This document shows, piece after piece, positions 18,496-28,109 of a stretch of DNA of 64,000 nt; within the stretch, counting starts at the first letter, position 1, and each line of letters starts with the position of its first letter. Below the pieces are notes generated by a model that worked only from the letters and a program-made list of their open reading frames with translations, did not search any database and was not told the DNA's origin. Both the position numbers and the translations under genes were made by a program. The stretch is from Candidatus Obscuribacteraceae bacterium (GTDB lineage Bacteria > Cyanobacteriota > Vampirovibrionia > Obscuribacterales > Obscuribacteraceae), in contig JBGASG010000006.1 in the NCBI GenBank assembly GCA_044229845.1, forward strand, positions 256,001 to 320,000, in the 5' to 3' direction.

Positions 18496-18657
18496 GGCAC
18501 CTAGGAAAAAGTTGATCTATACGATAACTCGTGTAAGGCACCGACCTGCGAATGGCAGTGCCCGCAAACCCAGTATTCATGCGCCTTACGCCGCAGATTG
18601 AACTTTTCAGCCCCGGTTTGACCGGTTACCGTATAACGCAACTTTTTTCCAAGCGCC
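18496..18657. repeat. Long imperfect inverted-repeat element
   Basis: GGAAAAAGTTGATCTATACGATAAC (18504-18528) pairs with GTTACCGTATAACGCAACTTTTTTCC (18625-18650); inner GTAAGGC...GCCTTAC. Confidence 0.7.
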
Positions 18658-18807
18658 GTTGAGCACCCCCCCGCACCACAGCCGAAGGGTAGACAATCCT
18701 AGCTAAAATCTCCCAAGCAACATTAGCTTTGCAAGAAACCTGTGCAAAACCACTTGCGCGATCGCATTTCCCGTGATACCGCCGGCGGTGGCACCCCGAA
18801 AATGACT

Positions 18808-18848
18808 CAAGCCCCTTGCCGGTTCACCCACCGGGCACAAGGGGCTTG
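18808..18848. terminator. GC-rich stem-loop (terminator-like)
   Basis: CAAGCCCCTTG ... CAAGGGGCTTG perfect 11-bp arms; no strong adjacent U-tract. Confidence 0.45.
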
Positions 18849-19142
18849 CTCCTGTACTTTTACTATCTACCGACCTGCAGGTCACATCTAATGCTTCATC
18901 ATGTATGTCGGGGCTATATTTCAGCTTACCCGCTAGCTAACAGATGGAGAGCTGCGATCATGTAAATACAATAGCAGAGGGATATGCCGATGGGAAGATG
19001 CTTAAGAGAAGATTAAGGTGCTCTTGAGAACACCCACCCGATGGCTACCAGTGACGCTTTCGGGCTTGACAAAAACCCTATGTCTTAGTCCGGATATACG
19101 ATCTACGATAGTTTCCAGACAGCCACTATATGCGGTGCTTAT

Positions 19143-22100
19143 TTATGCACCAGCAGCGGTACCGCCTGCACTGCTCTCGCGTCCCAGCAGATTGAGGAAG
19201 ATTTTCACTAACCGCGGATCCCATTCTTTATTGGCACCATCCGCAATCAGTTTCATCGCCTCTTCCTTCGAAAGCGCTTTGCGATATGGGCGGTCGCTCG
19301 TCATAGCCACGTAGGCATCCGCAAGAGCAACGATGCGCGACTCGAGCGGAATCTCTTCGCCTTTCAATCCTTTCGGATATCCCGTCCCGTCCCAGTGCTC
19401 GTGATACGCTTCGACCACGGACGCCACCCGGAACAAATGCTTCGCCGGCTCCAAAATCTTGGCACCGATAGTCGGTGCAGTTTCGATAATTTTGCGCTCT
19501 TCTTCCGTGAGCGGACCTTTCTTCTGCAATATCTGTTCGTCGACGGCAATCTTGCCGACGTTGTGCAAAATCGCCGCCAGCGAAATGATCGTCGAATGAT
19601 CTTTGGATAAATGCAGCGAAGCCGCAATCCGTGTAGCGTAATCAGCGGCGCGGGGCGACCGCTCGGTTGTGTACGCGTCGCGTGCCTCGATCATTTTAAC
19701 GACGGCGCCGAGAATACCCAGCAATCCGTGTTCGGCAATTAGTTTGAGATCGATGGAAGCGAGTTCTTCCGTCTTCGGTTTCAGGGGGGCATCGCGCTTC
19801 GGTTCCGGGACGGTCTTCTCGCCGCTTTCATCGAGCGTGGGCAAGAGGTCTTCGGACACGGAGCAGACCTGGTTTCTTCCCCGGTGCTTCGCCAGATAGA
19901 GCGCCTGGTCGGCAAGTTCAGTCAGGTGCGCCGCGTCTTGCGCGTCGACCGGATAGGTCGCCACGCCAATCGAAGCGGTAACCGTCCCGATGCCTTCAAC
20001 TTCCTTCTCTCTAATAGATGCGCACATACGGTCGGCAACGATGCGGGCGCCGGCAACATCGGTTTCCGGCAACAGCACCACAAATTCCTCGCCGCCGTAT
20101 CGGGCGGTCGTGTCGACGTCGCGGATGCTCTTCTTCAATACAGCGGCAATATGTTTAATCGCGGCATCACCAAATTGGTGACCGAGCGTATCGTTGATCT
20201 TCTTCAGAAAATCCAGATCGAGAATGATGTACGAGAACGGGTGACCGAATCGTTGGTTACGATCAAGTTCTCGAACCAGCTGTTCCTGGAAATAACGCCT
20301 GTTGTAGAGCCCCGTCATCGGATCGGTGACCGCCTGGCGCTCAACCTGCTCGAATAGTTCTTTGTGTGTTACCACCACCGCCACTCGGTCTGCCAGATCC
20401 TGAATCATCTTCATGTCTTTGACGGCAAACGGGCGGGCGCGCTCGCATGACACCATGCACAGCGCACCTTTGAAGCTTTCGCCCTGTACGAGCGGCACCA
20501 GAGTGATCATTTTGATCATGCCGGGCGGCACGATTTCCAGCGGCGCCAGCTTTTCCCGAATATCATCGGGATAAAGAATGATTATCTGCCCCTTCTGCAA
20601 ATGCTCCATGACCGCTTCAAATAGTTGCTCGGCGAAGTGGGCAGTGAGCGGTTCTTCGGCATTAGTCAGATCGCCGGTGATCTTCGAATTGACGAATGAA
20701 TTGTTTTGCTGATCGAAGAGCGATACCACGCAGAGATCGAGTTTTAAGTGTTCGGTCAGCAAATTGACCAACGTCTCGAAAATCTGATCCAGTTCTTTAA
20801 TAGATTGACGGATTTCTTGGCTGACGCGGTTGATCAACTGTTCGCGAGCGCGGTCGGCGCGTATCTGCGCAATCGCCTGGTCGGCACGAATAATGCTGGC
20901 CAGGTTACCGGCGATGGTCAATGCCAGTTCTCTATCCTGCGCGCGAAATGCGGATGTGCCGGGCGAGCGCTCCCACAATCCCAGAACGCCCAGGCGCTCG
21001 CCTTCCGACAAAAGCGGCACGATCAGCGCGGTGTCATGTCCGAAGAATGGATCGCCTTTGCGCGTGTATTCTGCGTTGACGACTTTACCGCGACCGGATT
21101 CGAAGACCTGCACAAATGGATTGTCTTTGGCCGAGAGATCGACGGTTTCAGACTGGCTGGAATCAGCCATTTGCGATTGCAGATTTTGCTCTTCTTCATT
21201 GAATAAATAGATCTGCGAATGCGTGAAGCCCATGTGCTCCGCCACCAGCATAACTGACTTGGCGAGCGTGTCCTGGCTGCGCTGACCTTTGGATTCTCTG
21301 AACAGGGACGAGATCTCGTTGATGAGTTTCATCTCGTCGGCGTCTTGCTCGATCTTGGATAAGTCGAATGCTTGTTGGACGACGAAGGACAGTACTTCTG
21401 CGACGCTTTGCAGAATAGCTGCGTCTTCTTCCGACCAATCGCGCGTTGAAGAGCACTGCTGCAGTTCTAGAAACCCGCTGAATATGCCGCGGCAACGCAA
21501 CTGGGCAACCAGACGGGCTTTCACGCCGCCAAGTTCGACCAGTGACGCCAACGTCGGCGACATTTTGTGCAGCTTCTGATCCTGTCCCGTGTCGGGGTTT
21601 CCGATAACGCCCGTGCCGCCCTCGTCCGGGAAGCGCGAGAGGAAGTCCAACACGATTGCGGTTGATTCTTGCGAACCGAGGTTGGTGCCGCTGAAGCAAG
21701 TGTGCCCGTTCGGCGCGTGTTCGTTGGTGACTGTCAGCTGGTCGCCGACGACCTGCCAGATCAAACCGCGGTCGGCATGACTGACGTCCGTCAGCCCTTC
21801 AATCGTCATCTGCAAAATCGACGACAGGTCACTGGAGTGACGCAGTTGCCCGACGATATCGCGAATAATCTTCTGGGCGTCGGGCGGAAACACAATCCGC
21901 TCTTCGTCCGATATATTTGTCCAGACCTGCCGCAGGTCCTTCAGTGCTTTGTTGTCGCGTTTTTGCTTGGACTTGTCTTTGTCCTTATCCTTGTCTTTAG
22001 GCGGCGCCGGAACACTGAGTCCTGATACCGGATCTGGTGCCGTATCAGGAGGCACAATCGGTCCATCTTCCGAGGACATCTGAGTCAGATCGACATAGCG

Positions 22101-22781
22101 CGCATTCGCTTCAGGTGTTTCGTTGTGCCCGTCACCATTGCCGTTTTTCACCGGAATCACAGGCAAGGGCGGCGGCTGTGTTGCCGTCGCTGTCGCAGTC
22201 GAAGTCTTCACTTCGCCTCCGGCTTTAATCACCGGCCAGGCAACCCGCGCTTCCTGCACGAATTGCGCGGAACTGTTGGCTGCGGCAGCATTGGCGCGGG
22301 CATCTTCCAGATTGTTCGCCTCCGGCAGATCGACGAACTGCCAGAGAGGAAACATCAGCTGGTAGGCGCGGCGCACCGTCAGGGGATCACAGGAGCCCAC
22401 GCACTGGAACGTTCCCCGGGAGTCGTCTTCGCCGCCGGCATTGTCGAGCTCGCGACCGTAGAGGACCAGGCACAAAGATTTGCTCTCCACCATGAAGCAA
22501 AACTCGTCATGCTTGTCTTGCCTGTCTTCGGAAAACATTGAGACACAAAAGGCATCGGTCATCAGCTGGCGGTAACCTGGACCTTCTGGAAGCAGGCGGC
22601 GCGCGCTGCGGCTGGACCAGAATGTAAAAATCGGAGACCATCCCTGTTTCAGGACCATTCCCTCGATTTTGCGAATGAAAAGCAGAAACAATTCGGGCGG
22701 CAAATGGCTCACTGCCAGCGATCCGGGGCCGGACTGCTGGACGAGCATCATGAAAAGTTGGGAGCGGTCTCTATCAGCCAT
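19143..22781 (-). CDS. Diguanylate cyclase: DICT-like + 3 GAF + GGDEF + degenerate HD-GYP
   Basis: TDPMTGLYNRR, DLDFLKKIND, RDVD...RYGGEEF; HEHWDGTGYP; GAF motifs (VPLL...LGVL). Confidence 0.9.
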   Translation of the reverse strand: MADRDRSQLFMMLVQQSGPGSLAVSHLPPELFLLFIRKIEGMVLKQGWSPIFTFWSSRSARRLLPEGPGYRQLMTDAFCVSMFSEDRQDKHDEFCFMVESKSLCLVLYGRELDNAGGEDDSRGTFQCVGSCDPLTVRRAYQLMFPLWQFVDLPEANNLEDARANAAAANSSAQFVQEARVAWPVIKAGGEVKTSTATATATQPPPLPVIPVKNGNGDGHNETPEANARYVDLTQMSSEDGPIVPPDTAPDPVSGLSVPAPPKDKDKDKDKSKQKRDNKALKDLRQVWTNISDEERIVFPPDAQKIIRDIVGQLRHSSDLSSILQMTIEGLTDVSHADRGLIWQVVGDQLTVTNEHAPNGHTCFSGTNLGSQESTAIVLDFLSRFPDEGGTGVIGNPDTGQDQKLHKMSPTLASLVELGGVKARLVAQLRCRGIFSGFLELQQCSSTRDWSEEDAAILQSVAEVLSFVVQQAFDLSKIEQDADEMKLINEISSLFRESKGQRSQDTLAKSVMLVAEHMGFTHSQIYLFNEEEQNLQSQMADSSQSETVDLSAKDNPFVQVFESGRGKVVNAEYTRKGDPFFGHDTALIVPLLSEGERLGVLGLWERSPGTSAFRAQDRELALTIAGNLASIIRADQAIAQIRADRAREQLINRVSQEIRQSIKELDQIFETLVNLLTEHLKLDLCVVSLFDQQNNSFVNSKITGDLTNAEEPLTAHFAEQLFEAVMEHLQKGQIIILYPDDIREKLAPLEIVPPGMIKMITLVPLVQGESFKGALCMVSCERARPFAVKDMKMIQDLADRVAVVVTHKELFEQVERQAVTDPMTGLYNRRYFQEQLVRELDRNQRFGHPFSYIILDLDFLKKINDTLGHQFGDAAIKHIAAVLKKSIRDVDTTARYGGEEFVVLLPETDVAGARIVADRMCASIREKEVEGIGTVTASIGVATYPVDAQDAAHLTELADQALYLAKHRGRNQVCSVSEDLLPTLDESGEKTVPEPKRDAPLKPKTEELASIDLKLIAEHGLLGILGAVVKMIEARDAYTTERSPRAADYATRIAASLHLSKDHSTIISLAAILHNVGKIAVDEQILQKKGPLTEEERKIIETAPTIGAKILEPAKHLFRVASVVEAYHEHWDGTGYPKGLKGEEIPLESRIVALADAYVAMTSDRPYRKALSKEEAMKLIADGANKEWDPRLVKIFLNLLGRESSAGGTAAGA

Positions 22782-22975
22782 CTGTGAGTAACCAGGCGAG
22801 CTTCCCCGCCGTTTCCTGCATCCCCCATTTCTTCTGTTACCCGGCTTTCCAGCCCACTAACCATTAGCTATAGATATGGCCTTAATACTAATTACCTGAG
22901 ACTTGTCCCGAACATGGAAAACGGGCGACAATGGGTCCTTTCCGTCTTTTGTAATGCCTGGGGGCGCCACTGGCT

Positions 22976-23626
22976 TTGGACCCGAAGATTTACCAGGAAA
23001 ATGTCGATTTTTGGGACAGGGCTTGGAAACCAGTCAAGACCCCGTACACCCAGATGCCCGACCTGCCTTACATCGAGAAGGTCCCGTATCGGCTCAATGC
23101 CGCAAAATGTCAGCAGGTGCTCGATTTAGGCTGCGGAAGCGGCTGGCTGTCGATTTTTCTGGGCAGGGCCGGAATCAACGTACTGGGCGTTGACATCGCC
23201 GACCAGGCCATTAATTTAGCCCGCGCCTGGGCAGAGCAGGAAGATCTCGTTCACGTTAAGTTCGAGGTCGGGGATATTTCGTCGATGAACTACAAGCCGG
23301 GTTCATTTGATGCGGTCGTCGCCAACTCGATTTTTGAACACCTGCCACACGACATGGCCGACCGGACGCTCAGTGACTTATACAAAATTTTGAAACCGGG
23401 CGGTCTGCTTTTCGCCTGCTTCGACAAGGTCGGCGGTGGACCCGGTGAGTATTACGAACTGGAAGACGGCACGCACGTCTACACGGACAAAGGTCGCAAG
23501 GGCATGCTGCTGCGCTACTTCAGCGATGATGAATTGCGCGAGCTGCTCGACGATTGGGTGATCGAATCGTTTGACACCATAGAAAGTGGCAGTCGCATCG
23601 TCTGGGCGAGCACCCGCGAAGGCTAG
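22976..23626 (+). CDS. Class I SAM-dependent methyltransferase
   Basis: VLDLGCGSG, GVDI, FDAVV, LKPGG. Confidence 0.9.
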   Translation: MDPKIYQENVDFWDRAWKPVKTPYTQMPDLPYIEKVPYRLNAAKCQQVLDLGCGSGWLSIFLGRAGINVLGVDIADQAINLARAWAEQEDLVHVKFEVGDISSMNYKPGSFDAVVANSIFEHLPHDMADRTLSDLYKILKPGGLLFACFDKVGGGPGEYYELEDGTHVYTDKGRKGMLLRYFSDDELRELLDDWVIESFDTIESGSRIVWASTREG

Positions 23627-24744
23627 TTCTCTTCGGTATCAGATGCGGTGCGCGCCAGTACCTGCACTGAACGATAGGGAATCGATGCAAAGACATCGGT
23701 GTCTTCCAAGAACTCGTTGCCTGGCTCATTGCGGCAGAGCGCGGTCAACTTCACGTCCTCCGTCACGCGCAATTTGTATTCGCTAACCGTGCCCTGATAG
23801 CTGCAAGTGGTGATCCGCACCGGCAAGCGATTGCCACTGCCTGCGATACTGTCATTATCGGTATGCAGATGCACATCATTAGAGCGAATCCAGATATCCA
23901 CATCACTGCCGGTGGTGACAGGAAAGGACGGTGCGACGGCCGTAAGCTCGACCGAGTTCTTAACCTTAACCCGCACCAGTTGGCTTTCCACGTCGATAAC
24001 CGTGCCACTGAAAACGTTGGTTTCGCCGATGAAGTCGGCAACAAAAATCGTGCGCGGATACTCGTAAATCTCTTGGGGCGTTCCCAATTGCTCGAGATGA
24101 CCAGCCGACAAGACTGCGATCTTGTCGGATAACGCCAGCGCTTCCGATTGATCGTGGGTGACCATCACGAATGTAATGTCGAGGTTCTTTTTAAAGCGCG
24201 CCAGTTCTTCCTGCATCTCATCGCGCACTTTCGGATCCAGCGCCGAGAGCGGTTCATCGAGGAGCAGCACCGAGGGACGGTTGACGATGGCGCGCGCGAA
24301 GGCGACGCGTTGCTGTTGTCCGCCCGATAGTTCGCGCGGATAGCGATCTTCTTTGCCTTTGAGGCGCACCAGGTCGAGCGCCCATTTGACCCGCTCCGGA
24401 ATCTCCGCCGGCGGACAGGACTTTTGCACCTTCAAGCCGAACGCAATATTGTCCACTACGTTCAAATGCGGAAAGAGCGCGTAGCTCTGGAACACCATAT
24501 TGACCGGACGCCGGTGCGCAGGCACTTTCGCCATGTCCTTGCCGGCGATGAACACTTGCCCGCGTGTCGGGAACTCGAAGCCGGCAATCATTCGCAAGAG
24601 CGTTGTTTTGCCGCAGCCCGACGGACCCAGCAACGAAAAGAAATCGCCGGCATCGATATCGATGCTGACGTCTTTGACCGCGGTCATGCCCCCGAAGTCT
24701 TTACTGACGTCAACGATTCTGACGGCCTTATCTGCTTGGCTCAA
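23623..24744 (-). CDS. potA: Polyamine-type ABC transporter ATP-binding protein
   Basis: GPSGCGKT, VFQSYALFPH, LSGGQQQR, LLLDEP; C-terminal TOBE-like region. Confidence 0.85.
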   Translation of the reverse strand: MSQADKAVRIVDVSKDFGGMTAVKDVSIDIDAGDFFSLLGPSGCGKTTLLRMIAGFEFPTRGQVFIAGKDMAKVPAHRRPVNMVFQSYALFPHLNVVDNIAFGLKVQKSCPPAEIPERVKWALDLVRLKGKEDRYPRELSGGQQQRVAFARAIVNRPSVLLLDEPLSALDPKVRDEMQEELARFKKNLDITFVMVTHDQSEALALSDKIAVLSAGHLEQLGTPQEIYEYPRTIFVADFIGETNVFSGTVIDVESQLVRVKVKNSVELTAVAPSFPVTTGSDVDIWIRSNDVHLHTDNDSIAGSGNRLPVRITTCSYQGTVSEYKLRVTEDVKLTALCRNEPGNEFLEDTDVFASIPYRSVQVLARTASDTEEN

Positions 24745-26372
24745 CTGCCGGACTTTCCTTTCATGTCCCGAATGAGAAATGCGATTTGCAAATTTAGCAG
24801 AACTTCCGGCGAATCGATGTCAACTTTCAAGATGTCGGCAATTTGCTCGAGCCGATACCGCATCGTATGGCGGTGGATAAACAGCGCCTTGGCAGCGGAG
24901 TTGAGATTGGCGCCCTGTTGCAGGTAGACGCGCAGAGTCTCTACCAGTTCGCTTTCCCATTCGGTATCGTAGGACTCAAGAGGGGCCAGGCTTTCTTCGT
25001 AAAACCGGTCCAGCTCATAATGGTCGATGAGCAGATAGAGCAAGCGCTTGATGCCCAGGTCACCGTAGCCGAGCACGAATTCCTTGCCGGGATGAATTGT
25101 GGAACCGATGATCAGCGCCTGCCGCGCCTCTCGATAAGAATCCGAGACATCCAGCAATGTGGCGGCCAGGCGCCCGGCGCCGACCTGCACGACCAGCTCG
25201 GGTTTACGAGCTTTCAGTGAAGAAACCAACTTGTCGGCTTCCTGCTGCCAGGTGGTGCCGTTCTTGGCGTGATATGGCAGGACGAAAACTCGTTGCGCTT
25301 CCACCTCGACCCAGGCAATCGATTCATCTAAAGGCGCCAGCGCTTCCTTGGCGGACTGCTCGGGGATCATATTGAGCGCGTAGATCAAAAATCCATCGCA
25401 CAGATCAAAGCCGTATTGCTGCTCCAGACGTTCTTGATCACCGGTGGAAACAACCCTTCCCGAAATCAAATCTTTGAGCAGTCCGCGATGCGTGGCGGCA
25501 AACGTGGACACCTCACGGCGCCTGTGACTGAAGTCGACCAGTGTGGCCAGCGCCGCCGGTCCCAGGTATTCGGAGATGCCGGTCACATCATCGGAGGGAC
25601 GGATCATAACGGAGAGATAGCCGACCACAACGCCTTCGAACAAAATGGGCATCACCAGCCGGCGCCCGATGCGCACAGGCTGTTCAGGAAACACCGTCGG
25701 CTCGTCTTCTTGCGAACGCCACTGGCGATTGATTTCGTCCGCGATTTCTTCGGTGAGCACCTTCTGTTGATTGAGCGGTGTTGGTCCCAAATTCTCGGCT
25801 GCCAGAATTTTGAAGTCGGTGTCTTCCACCGCCACCGGGCGGTTGATGATGCGGGACAACTCCTCCACCAGGGATGAGAGACCGCCCTCCAGAACCAGCG
25901 AAACAAAGTATTGATGCAGTCTCGACGAAGCTTTCTTGATCTCGCTGAGAAACGCTCCGCGCACTTCATCCACGATCCCCGAGGCATCACCAATGCCGGA
26001 CAGTGCAATCAGGGGAGTTTTGGCCGCGACGCAATGCTGCTGCAGGCGCTCCAGTTCTATATCGACACCGACGGATTGCTGCGACGGCCTGACCGCGCCG
26101 CCCGATCCGACACTGGCTAAAGCCGCCTGCGGTGCCGGTTTGACGACCAGCAGGCCGGCCAGCTCCTTGAGCTGCGCGGAGTCGGCGATCACGATATCTT
26201 CGGCGCGTGACACAACCAGCGTGCCGGGACGCGCGCTGGTCATGCCGGAAACAACCTGTGCCACCTGGCGATCGAGCAACTCATCGCCATAGACGACACT
26301 GGCTTCCGACAACGCTTCCGCGCTAAGCAACTGGCGCAGAGTTGGCTGTAGAACTACGCGACCCGCAGTCAT
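24741..26372 (-). CDS. PucR/CdaR family transcriptional regulator
   Basis: C-terminal HTH LVETLRVYL...AAKALFIHRHTMRYRL; SYREARQAL. Confidence 0.9.
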   Translation of the reverse strand: MTAGRVVLQPTLRQLLSAEALSEASVVYGDELLDRQVAQVVSGMTSARPGTLVVSRAEDIVIADSAQLKELAGLLVVKPAPQAALASVGSGGAVRPSQQSVGVDIELERLQQHCVAAKTPLIALSGIGDASGIVDEVRGAFLSEIKKASSRLHQYFVSLVLEGGLSSLVEELSRIINRPVAVEDTDFKILAAENLGPTPLNQQKVLTEEIADEINRQWRSQEDEPTVFPEQPVRIGRRLVMPILFEGVVVGYLSVMIRPSDDVTGISEYLGPAALATLVDFSHRRREVSTFAATHRGLLKDLISGRVVSTGDQERLEQQYGFDLCDGFLIYALNMIPEQSAKEALAPLDESIAWVEVEAQRVFVLPYHAKNGTTWQQEADKLVSSLKARKPELVVQVGAGRLAATLLDVSDSYREARQALIIGSTIHPGKEFVLGYGDLGIKRLLYLLIDHYELDRFYEESLAPLESYDTEWESELVETLRVYLQQGANLNSAAKALFIHRHTMRYRLEQIADILKVDIDSPEVLLNLQIAFLIRDMKGKSGS

Positions 26373-26632
26373 AAGTACATCACTTGCAATTACTACTTCA
26401 ATTGTAATACGCCGACATTACCAGCCAGCCCCGCGGGCTGCTGACAACCCAACCGTCCTTCTCGGACATAGGCATCTGTCGTCATAGAGACGGCTTTTCA
26501 TTAAACTGACAAATTTTTCACGTGGCCCTATTGAGCTTGGCAACCGTTTTCGGCAGAATTAATTCACCTTCATCCACTTGGCTCCGGTCACCCCATGCGC
26601 GTTGTCCACGCAGCATCTAGAAAGACGCACCC

Positions 26633-26797
26633 ATGAAACCCTACGTCAAATCCTTCGAGGACCGCCTGATCGGCATCTTCGAACAGAAAGCCGAAGAGTT
26701 CAGCCGTTTCGCAGAAGAAAGACCCCAGACCGCCATCGTTACTAATCAGCTCGCCGGACTTTATCGTGACCTCGTCGCTTCCATGCGTAAGTCCTAA
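26633..26797 (+). CDS. Small hypothetical protein (54 aa), absent from the ORF track
   Basis: ATG..TAA: MKPYVKSFEDRLIGIFEQKAEEFSRFAEERPQTAIVTNQLAGLYRDLVASMRKS; C-ending codon bias; terminator follows. Confidence 0.7.
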   Translation: MKPYVKSFEDRLIGIFEQKAEEFSRFAEERPQTAIVTNQLAGLYRDLVASMRKS

Positions 26798-26824
26798 GTA
26801 ATCCTCCAAAATCCACACTGCTTC

Positions 26825-26851
26825 AAAAAAGGGCGCACTTTGCGCCCTTTT
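26825..26851 (+). terminator. Rho-independent terminator (potentially bidirectional)
   Basis: AAAAAAGGGCGCA-CTT-TGCGCCCTTTTT. Confidence 0.85.
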
Positions 26852-26909
26852 TGCATCGCCGCCCCGTCTCACACCCCAAGCGATATCGCTTTAACTCCGC
26901 GGAGCCTCA

Positions 26910-26941
26910 TCCAAGCTCAAGCGATATCGCTTGAGCTTGGA
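26910..26941. repeat. Perfect 32-bp palindrome
   Basis: TCCAAGCTCAAGCGATATCGCTTGAGCTTGGA; core AAGCGATATCGCTT also at 26878-26891. Confidence 0.9.
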
Positions 26942-27082
26942 CACCCTGACATGGAGGCTAATCTAATCGGTGCACCAGTCGGGCGTTTTGGTCGTTTCTT
27001 AGTGAATTTCCCATGGACATGGCTTGTCAGAGGGTTTATTCTTTCCACACTTGATTTCTGCCTCTAACTCCCAGGGAGAGCA

Positions 27083-27349
27083 ATGTTCGAGACATTAGCC
27101 ACGATTATCGCCACCGTTGTTGCGGTTTATCTGCTGCTGACAGCCGCGTTCCCCGACCGTTTCGTGCCCAAGCGCAAGAACAAAGATGAGTTCTACGGAG
27201 CTAACGAATGGGGCGTCTACGAGGGTGCCTCCACCGACGTGCCGAAGGCGCATAAGACGATCAAGAAACCAAAGCCAAACGGCAAAGAACGCGTCATCGC
27301 CGGCAGCGGCATGTACGCCATGGGCAAGGGCATCAGCTTCCGCAGATAA
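27083..27349 (+). CDS. Small single-TM hypothetical protein
   Basis: GGGAGAG RBS; N-terminal TM helix; 88 aa. Confidence 0.7.
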   Translation: MFETLATIIATVVAVYLLLTAAFPDRFVPKRKNKDEFYGANEWGVYEGASTDVPKAHKTIKKPKPNGKERVIAGSGMYAMGKGISFRR

Positions 27350-27392
27350 GTGGCGGGCACTGCATGTGGTGCTAGTTCTCTGACGCGATCGA

Positions 27393-28010
27393 TTACTTGA
27401 CGAGGCGCTGCACAGCCTTGAATTGCTCCGTGCCGGCTTCGCGCAGCATCTCGAACAGCGCGATTTCCACGCAAGATGGAATCGCTCCGGAAGACATCAT
27501 TTTTTCCCAGCCGATGTCACGATTGCGCTGCGACCGGCTGGCGATGGCGTCCGACACGACATGCACGACATACCCGTGCTCCATGAGTTCGTGCACCGTC
27601 AGCGACACGCAAACGTGAGCCTCGATGCCGCAAACAATGATCTGTGATCGTCCCAGGTTCTCGACGGTGTCAAGAAACCCGGTCGCCTGACAGCAGGAGA
27701 AGGCGTTCTTTTCGAAATACTTGTGTTCGCCCAGGCAAGCTCCGATTTCGGAAATCGTCTTGCCCAGCCCCTGCGGATACTGTTCGGTGAGGATGACGGG
27801 AATCTTGAGAATCTTCGCCGCTTCCGCGAGGATGGTAATGTTGCGCGTCAGGATGTCGAGGTCGCGCAGCTGCTTTCTGAAACCCTCTTGCACATCAACG
27901 ATGAGCAATGCTGCCTCTTTGGCGTCAAGAATGCGCGACGTTGCCGGTGCAACCTCCGACTTGTTTTTGGTCTTTTGCAATTCGCTAGTCCTAATATCGA
28001 TGAACAACAA
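27393..28010 (-). CDS. Isochorismatase-family cysteine hydrolase
   Basis: LLIVDVQE, TEQYPQGLG, GIEAHVCV; start uncertain. Confidence 0.9.
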   Translation of the reverse strand: MLFIDIRTSELQKTKNKSEVAPATSRILDAKEAALLIVDVQEGFRKQLRDLDILTRNITILAEAAKILKIPVILTEQYPQGLGKTISEIGACLGEHKYFEKNAFSCCQATGFLDTVENLGRSQIIVCGIEAHVCVSLTVHELMEHGYVVHVVSDAIASRSQRNRDIGWEKMMSSGAIPSCVEIALFEMLREAGTEQFKAVQRLVK

Positions 28011-28109
28011 GTTTATTCCCTATCGAGAAGGCGGGCAACGATCCTTTAATTGGCATTAACAGGCCGGGCGCTAAGCGCCTGGCGAGTATGGTATAAACAC
28101 AGGAGATAT

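Noticed and set aside
19018..19314. 98-aa plus-strand ORF, and the 60-aa ORF at 18703..18885
   Set aside because: No RBS or protein-like features; the first overlaps the cyclase gene antisense
26588..26872. 94-aa minus-strand ORF
   Set aside because: Antisense to the better-supported 54-aa ORF and runs through its terminator
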